The notes under the pieces are model-generated. The model saw only the letters and a program-made list of their open reading frames with translations. It made no database searches and was not told the DNA's origin. From an uncultured Candidatus Saccharibacteria bacterium (GTDB lineage: Bacteria; Patescibacteriota; Minisyncoccia; Phycocordibacterales; PALSA-1337), in contig CAYMGJ010000002.1 in NCBI GenBank assembly GCA_964389975.1, positions 3,109 to 67,108 on the forward strand: a stretch of DNA of 64,000 bases, read 5' to 3'. The position numbers and the translations under genes were made by a program. Below, piece after piece: positions 58,749-64,000 of the stretch; within the stretch, counting starts at the first letter, position 1; every line of letters starts with the position of its first letter.

Positions 58749-60674
58749 CTATATCGTTAACAGAACAGGGATAACGATAGGGCGCTTCGCTGTTTTTTGA
58801 AGAAGGAATTTTCCAATATTGTCTGATACATTTTCTTTTATGAAATCAACATTGATTGGATTCATTCCTTTTGTTGAGTCTTCTATTGTATTCTTGATGA
58901 TAATACGAGCCTGATGAAGTAGTTCCTGTGATTCTCGGAGATATACGAATCCTCGTGAGATGATATCGGGAGATTTCTTGAGTTTTCCTGTCTGGCTATT
59001 GATAATTGCAAAGACAATAAAGATACCATCTTGTGCAAGCATCTGTCGGTCTCGAATCACAACATCCTGAATATCTCCTACAGAGAATCCATCAACCATA
59101 ACGATTCCTGATGGTGCCTTTTCCTTAAGTTTAATTATTCGTGAACCTTTCTCTTGTATTTCTACAATCGATCCATTGTCAGGAATGATTATCTGATCAT
59201 CAGTAAGTCCATTTGCTTCACGGGCAATTTCTCCGTGTACACGAAGCATGTAGTGATATCCGTGAACAGGCATAAAGAACTTAGGTCGAATCTTCTTATG
59301 AATCCATGCTGTCTCATCACGATTGGCATGTCCTGAAGAGTGCACATCAGCAATACGATAGTGAATGATATTAGCCCCTTGTCGTGAAAGGTTGTCCTTC
59401 AGTTTCTGCACAGCTCTCTCATTTCCAGGAACAATTGATGATGAAAGGAGAATGGTATCTCGCTTCGTGATCTTGATATATTTATGAGTTTTGTTTGAAA
59501 TACGCATCATTGCTGCAAACTCATCTCCCTGTGCTCCTGTTGCGAGAACAACAATTCTCTCAGGCGGATAGTTATCAATCTGTTCGACGGTAATGATTGT
59601 GTCCTTCTTTGGTTTGAGAAGTCCAAGATGACGACATATTTCAATATTTGTCTTCATGCTTCGTCCCTCTACAACAACCTTCTTGCCATATTTTTCTGAG
59701 AATTCTATGATCTTAAGCATTCGCTCGAGAAGAGATGCAAATGTTGCGATGATAAGTCTGCCTTTTGCATTTTTAATAATTTCTTCTATGTTCTTATGAA
59801 CTGTTTTTTCTGGAATTGAAAATCCTGGATTTTCGACATTTGTAGAATCAGCCATGAGCAAAAGAACATTCTGATTTTTAAATGCACGATCGTACTCTTC
59901 ATTCTCTTGTTCTGTAGGAATTCCATTGTCATGATCAAGTTTGAGGTCTCCTGTGTGTACAATAGATCCAATTGGAGTTTCGATGATAACTCCCATAGCA
60001 TCAGGGATGGTGTGGGTTACTGCAAAGAATTTAATTTTTAGTGCTCCTATAACAATAGTTTCATCTTTTTCCACTATCTTGATATCCAAAGGTGGAACAT
60101 GAGGAAATTCCTCCTGACGCTTCTTTACCATTACTGACGTAAGCATACGGGTGTAGAGAGGTGGATTTCCAATACGTGGCATAACATAAGGAATACCTCC
60201 AATATGATCGAGGTGACCGTGAGTTACAATCACTGCACGAATGCGATCCTTTCGTTCTTCAAGATATTTTGTGTTAGGAAGGATATAGTCAATTCCAGGT
60301 GTATTTTCATCTTTAAATTGAAAACCAATATCAATAACAACAATATCATTGCCATATTCAACCATGGTCATGTTCTTTCCGATTTCCTCCACTCCTCCAA
60401 GGGGAATGATTCGAATTGATTCGGGTGCAAGGGGTGGAACTGTATCTTCGACTTTTTTATGCACTTGTGTTGCTTCTGGTGGGCGTGCTGGACGTGGTCT
60501 CATTCCAGATTTAAGGGAGCGTGAACTACGTGCAAAAGGAGGTCGAGGTCTATCTCGATGTGGTCGTTCTGCTGGTTTTGTTGGTTGTGGTGTATTCATT
60601 GTATTAGTTTTCTTGATTAGGGGTAAATATTTTCCATACGTTTTCTGTTGAGATGTACCATGAGTTTGTGTCAT
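58749..60674 (-). CDS. rnj: Ribonuclease J (metallo-beta-lactamase / beta-CASP RNase) with Arg/Pro-rich N-terminal extension
   Basis: MBL motif VTHGHLDHIGG, beta-CASP region and C-terminal domain; first about 90 aa are R/P-rich low complexity; start ambiguous (the ATG at 60599 would avoid overlap with the upstream gene). Confidence 0.85.
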   Translation of the reverse strand: MTQTHGTSQQKTYGKYLPLIKKTNTMNTPQPTKPAERPHRDRPRPPFARSSRSLKSGMRPRPARPPEATQVHKKVEDTVPPLAPESIRIIPLGGVEEIGKNMTMVEYGNDIVVIDIGFQFKDENTPGIDYILPNTKYLEERKDRIRAVIVTHGHLDHIGGIPYVMPRIGNPPLYTRMLTSVMVKKRQEEFPHVPPLDIKIVEKDETIVIGALKIKFFAVTHTIPDAMGVIIETPIGSIVHTGDLKLDHDNGIPTEQENEEYDRAFKNQNVLLLMADSTNVENPGFSIPEKTVHKNIEEIIKNAKGRLIIATFASLLERMLKIIEFSEKYGKKVVVEGRSMKTNIEICRHLGLLKPKKDTIITVEQIDNYPPERIVVLATGAQGDEFAAMMRISNKTHKYIKITKRDTILLSSSIVPGNERAVQKLKDNLSRQGANIIHYRIADVHSSGHANRDETAWIHKKIRPKFFMPVHGYHYMLRVHGEIAREANGLTDDQIIIPDNGSIVEIQEKGSRIIKLKEKAPSGIVMVDGFSVGDIQDVVIRDRQMLAQDGIFIVFAIINSQTGKLKKSPDIISRGFVYLRESQELLHQARIIIKNTIEDSTKGMNPINVDFIKENVSDNIGKFLLQKTAKRPIVIPVLLTI

Positions 60675-62349
60675 ACCATCGATCTGAAGGGATAGTTATC
60701 GGTCCGAAGTGTATTCCTTGTATTTTCTTTGGAATCACATACATATATTCTGGTGAATAGAGGAATATTGCGGGGACATCTTCAGTGACAAGTTTTTCAA
60801 AAGCCTTGTACTTCTCTGCTTTCACTTTCTCGCTTCCGGTGGTTCGTGCTTCTTCAAGGAGTTTGTCTGCGCTACTGTTTACATACATGGCAATGTTGAG
60901 TCCTGGAGCAAGTCTTTGAGATGAATGCCAGAATGCATAGAGATCGAGGTCTTTTCCGATAAATTCTCCAAAAAGGAGAGCGTCATATTTTCTTGTCTTT
61001 ATAATATTCTGTGAAAGATCACCGTATTCAAATACCTTTACCGTAACATCTGCACCGAGCAATTCCCATTGTTTTTCAAGTATCTCTGCTGTTTTCTTGA
61101 GATCAGGAGAATCTGCTGTAGCTATCTCAAATGAAAGAACTTGTGTACCTTTCTTGTCTTTTTTTTCAAGTATACCGTCTTTGTTAATTGTCCATCCTGC
61201 TTTGGTGAGTAATGTCTTTGCTCCATCAATGTCGAGAGTTTTCTTGTTGTCCCTGCTACTGTTTTCTGCGGGAAGAGGTCCATCAATGCGTACTCCATAT
61301 CCATACAAGACTTCGGAAACAAGAGTATCCTTGTCGACTACCATATTGAGTGCCTGACGTACTTCTTTGTTTGCAAGTACTGGTGCTTGATTTTGATTAA
61401 AGAATACCCCAAAGATTCGAGGGAGAGGTGAGTGAAGTACTGATACATCTTGATCATCTGAAATTTTCTCTGCTTCCTCTGGTGAAATACCAGCTATGCT
61501 TTGTATTGCACCACTTGAATATGCATCAAGTGCAGCCATTTCATTTGGATAGAATTGTATAGTTATGTGTGATATATATGCTTTTCCATCATAATATCGA
61601 GAGAAAGGTGATAGTTCATATGAAAGGGGTATTCCACCATTGTCTCGGGAAATCTTTTCAATTTGATATGGACCTGATCCAATTGGTTCAATATTGAATT
61701 GACTGTAGATAAATTGTTCTGAACTTACATTCTTCCAAATGTGTTTGGGAATGATTCCAAGGGTAGTGTTTGAAAGGAAAGGGGAATATGGTTGTTTGAG
61801 TATGAATTGAATATTCTTCTCATCAATTTTCTTTACCGATATATTTCCCCAATCAGCACGTCGTGGACTTTTCAGTGTATTGTCTTCAACTTTTTGAATG
61901 GTGAATTCAATATCATCAGTTGTAAGAGGGGTGCCATCATGAAAACGTATATTGTCTTTTAATGTAAATGAATATACAAGTCCATCTTCTGATATGGAAT
62001 ATTTTTCTGCGAGATCACCCACGAGTTTTCCATGGTCATATTTCATAAGTCCAGAATATATGAGTGTGGAAAGATCACGATCAACATCAGTTATCGCAAG
62101 TATTGGATTGATTGAACGAGGAAGTCCGATCACTCCTTCGGTGAATGAACCACCATAGGCAGGTATGGGAACAACAAAGAGCTGATGAGCTTCCCATGCA
62201 AGTATCATTGAACTCATAACTGCAATGAGGGTAAGGACGCCAAAGACAACACGTTCAGTTGGTGAGAAATGTCGTATGAGATTGAGAATCTTCTCTCCTC
62301 CCTTGATACGGAATTCTTTTTTAGGAATCATAGTGAATAGGTTGTTCAC
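60604..62349 (-). CDS. ABC transporter substrate-binding protein, family 5 (oligopeptide/dipeptide-binding-like), membrane-anchored
   Basis: 581 aa; N-terminal TM anchor; size and conserved segments of OppA/DppA-type SBP (cluster C). Confidence 0.75.
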   Translation of the reverse strand: MNNLFTMIPKKEFRIKGGEKILNLIRHFSPTERVVFGVLTLIAVMSSMILAWEAHQLFVVPIPAYGGSFTEGVIGLPRSINPILAITDVDRDLSTLIYSGLMKYDHGKLVGDLAEKYSISEDGLVYSFTLKDNIRFHDGTPLTTDDIEFTIQKVEDNTLKSPRRADWGNISVKKIDEKNIQFILKQPYSPFLSNTTLGIIPKHIWKNVSSEQFIYSQFNIEPIGSGPYQIEKISRDNGGIPLSYELSPFSRYYDGKAYISHITIQFYPNEMAALDAYSSGAIQSIAGISPEEAEKISDDQDVSVLHSPLPRIFGVFFNQNQAPVLANKEVRQALNMVVDKDTLVSEVLYGYGVRIDGPLPAENSSRDNKKTLDIDGAKTLLTKAGWTINKDGILEKKDKKGTQVLSFEIATADSPDLKKTAEILEKQWELLGADVTVKVFEYGDLSQNIIKTRKYDALLFGEFIGKDLDLYAFWHSSQRLAPGLNIAMYVNSSADKLLEEARTTGSEKVKAEKYKAFEKLVTEDVPAIFLYSPEYMYVIPKKIQGIHFGPITIPSDRWYDTNSWYISTENVWKIFTPNQEN

Positions 62350-62407
62350 AAGAATACAGGTACTATCGACGAATTAAGTTCGTAGTATATTCTGTTGAAA
62401 GTTTATA

Positions 62408-62638
62408 TTAAATAAGAGAAACGAGTGCTGAAAGGGCAAAGAGAACCCCTATAATAATAGTTACAATGAAGAGTGTCTTTTCAAAGCCACGTCGGGTATG
62501 AAAAGCAGAGCTAAAGTTGTCACCACCGCCAAAAGCACCACCGATTTGAGCACCAGTGCGCTGAAGTAGTATTGCGATTACGAGAATAACCGCGAGTACA
62601 ATCTGTATATACGGAAGTAGAGAAGCAATAGTCTTCAT
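62408..62638 (-). CDS. secG: Preprotein translocase subunit SecG
   Basis: 76 aa; two TM helices with the Gly-rich LLQRTGAQIGGAFGGG loop. Confidence 0.8.
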   Translation of the reverse strand: MKTIASLLPYIQIVLAVILVIAILLQRTGAQIGGAFGGGDNFSSAFHTRRGFEKTLFIVTIIIGVLFALSALVSLI

Positions 62639-62682
62639 TGCCGGATACTATAGCATGTCGATGGGTTGGATGCAAGTTATCT

Positions 62683-62713
62683 AAAAAAAGCCCGGTCCCC
62701 TTGCGAGGACCGG
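62683..62713 (-). terminator. Rho-independent terminator
   Basis: CCGGTCC-CCTTGCGA-GGACCGG followed by T7 on the minus strand. Confidence 0.6.
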
Positions 62714-62726
62714 ATTGGTGATGAGC

Positions 62727-63209
62727 TTATAGCCCAAATGCGTCGAATAGCTTAGCATCTTCATCTTCGAGCATGTAGTGTTCTTTGAAGTCACGGCTCA
62801 CACTCCTAATCTGCTCTTCATCCATAGCGAGAAGGATTTCAATCTCAATTCGAAGAAGGCGCGAGAGATTGATTACATGAGTTCCATAGTCACTCCGTTG
62901 ATAGAGGCATGAGAGTGTGAATCCGATGGCGAATATAAGTGATGGTGTAAATGTAATCTTCACCATAAACCATAGTTGTGTACTGAGGTTGTTAGGTGCA
63001 GACCGTATTGAAACTGTGTAAAAAATCCAGAAAAGGAGAAATGCTGGCACAGAAAGCCATAGCCCTTTTTTGTATAGTCGGTGCTGTGTTTCCCATGCGC
63101 GTGCCGTAATATGGGGATCCATGGCACTCATATTGCCCCATCGTGTATTCCAGAGTTTTAGGAGTGCAGATTGAGAAGTACTTGTTGCGAGGAACTGACG
63201 GTTTTTCAT
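62727..63209 (-). CDS. Hypothetical membrane protein
   Basis: 160 aa; two or three TM helices; no motif recognised. Confidence 0.45.
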   Translation of the reverse strand: MKNRQFLATSTSQSALLKLWNTRWGNMSAMDPHITARAWETQHRLYKKGLWLSVPAFLLFWIFYTVSIRSAPNNLSTQLWFMVKITFTPSLIFAIGFTLSCLYQRSDYGTHVINLSRLLRIEIEILLAMDEEQIRSVSRDFKEHYMLEDEDAKLFDAFGL

Positions 63210-63327
63210 AGGGTTGTTCAGAAGTCTGAAATTACTATATATAGTAATTTAAAATATGTCAATTTATCTCATAAGAGTCATTCGCTATAATACTGACACA
63301 TATTATCAGTTTTAAATGTACCATCAC

Positions 63328-63642
63328 ATGTCAAAAAACAAAGATATTTCAAAGAAGATACAGCCATTGGGAGATCGAGTTATTATCCGTGAAGACAGTG
63401 AATCTCATGAACGAAAAACTGCTTCAGGTATCATCATTCCTTCTTCAGCGAATGAAGAGAAGGGTGGAAAGAGAGGTGAAGTCGTTGCAGTTGGTACAGG
63501 TCACTTTGAACACGGTACCCATATCCCTCTATCTGTTAAGGTTGGTGATATTGTTATATTTCAATGGGGAGACAAGATTAAGGTTGATGGAGAGGAATAT
63601 ATTATTGTTAAGGAAGTTGAAATTCTTGCTATTATCAAGTAA
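63328..63642 (+). CDS. groES: Co-chaperonin GroES
   Basis: About 104 aa from MSKNKDIS; IQPLGDRVIIRE, mobile-loop and roof hairpin pattern; the track ORF starts 12 nt earlier. Confidence 0.9.
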   Translation: MSKNKDISKKIQPLGDRVIIREDSESHERKTASGIIIPSSANEEKGGKRGEVVAVGTGHFEHGTHIPLSVKVGDIVIFQWGDKIKVDGEEYIIVKEVEILAIIK

Positions 63643-63654
63643 CTACTATCATAT

Positions 63655-64000
63655 ATGTCAAAGAAAATTCTTTTCAATGAAGAAGCTCGTAAGGCTATTA
63701 AACGTGGGGTTGATGCAGTTGCTGATGTTGTAAAGATCACTATTGGTCCCCGTGGAAGAAATGTCATTCTTGATAAGGGGTATGGTAGTCCTACTATTAC
63801 GAATGATGGTGTTTCTATAGCTAAGGAAATTACCTTGAAAGATCGATTTGAGAATATGGGTGCTGAGATTATAAAAGAAGTTGCAACAAAGACAAATGAT
63901 AGTGCTGGTGATGGTACTACAACTGCAACAGTTCTTACCCAAGCAATTATCACTGAAGGTATGAGACATACAACAATGGGTGTTAATGCTATGGGTGTTA
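63655..64000 (+). CDS. groEL: Chaperonin GroEL (5' part; truncated by window end)
   Basis: [59 protein letters not shown]...DGTTTATVL; not in the ORF track because the frame runs off the window. Confidence 0.9.
   Translation, partial: MSKKILFNEEARKAIKRGVDAVADVVKITIGPRGRNVILDKGYGSPTITNDGVSIAKEITLKDRFENMGAEIIKEVATKTNDSAGDGTTTATVLTQAIITEGMRHTTMGVNAMGV

Overview
This is an AT-rich (roughly 38-40% GC by eye), gene-dense bacterial window using the standard genetic code. TGA serves as a stop codon and a release factor 2 gene is present. Housekeeping genes identifiable from their own motifs: ligA, gatC, gatA, prfB, ftsE, ftsX, pyrG, msrA, msrB, gpmI, eno, rnj, secG, groES, the 5' part of groEL, a DEAD-box helicase, a cyclophilin, and an NrnA-like DHH phosphoesterase. 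The gene content suggests a small streamlined genome of the Candidate Phyla Radiation / Patescibacteria type. This is inference only. The evidence is: a pilD plus four-pilin module, two double-GH130 proteins, a stand-alone Cas4-like nuclease, three giant LamG-domain surface proteins, and few biosynthetic genes.

Accessory content:
- A five-tRNA cluster (two CAU, Asp-GUC, Thr-GGU, Thr-CGU) with small ORFs between the genes: a HEPN-like membrane protein, an HTH protein with a LAGLIDADG-like motif, and a secreted protein.
- A GC-rich, ORF-free structured region upstream of prfB with two intrinsic terminators (candidate ncRNAs).
- A tRNA-Gln-adjacent islet. It holds a Shedu-like (DUF4263, PD-(D/E)xK) nuclease gene translationally coupled to a minimal nucleotidyltransferase, followed by a decayed ABC-exporter pseudogene.
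- A same-strand run of nucleotide/ADP-ribose-type genes: a CYTH (class IV adenylyl cyclase/triphosphatase fold) protein, a NADAR protein, a PNPOx-like FMN-binding protein, TspO, and a P-loop kinase fused to a second CYTH domain.
- Three tandem giant secreted proteins (1287, 2027 and 719 aa) built from LamG jelly-roll domains plus polysaccharide-lyase-like modules. Two of them share a 477-bp perfect DNA repeat.
- A mannoside-type cluster: HAD phosphatase, a cupin resembling mannose-6-phosphate isomerase, and four GH130 modules in two proteins.

No CRISPR array, reverse transcriptase or transposase was seen.
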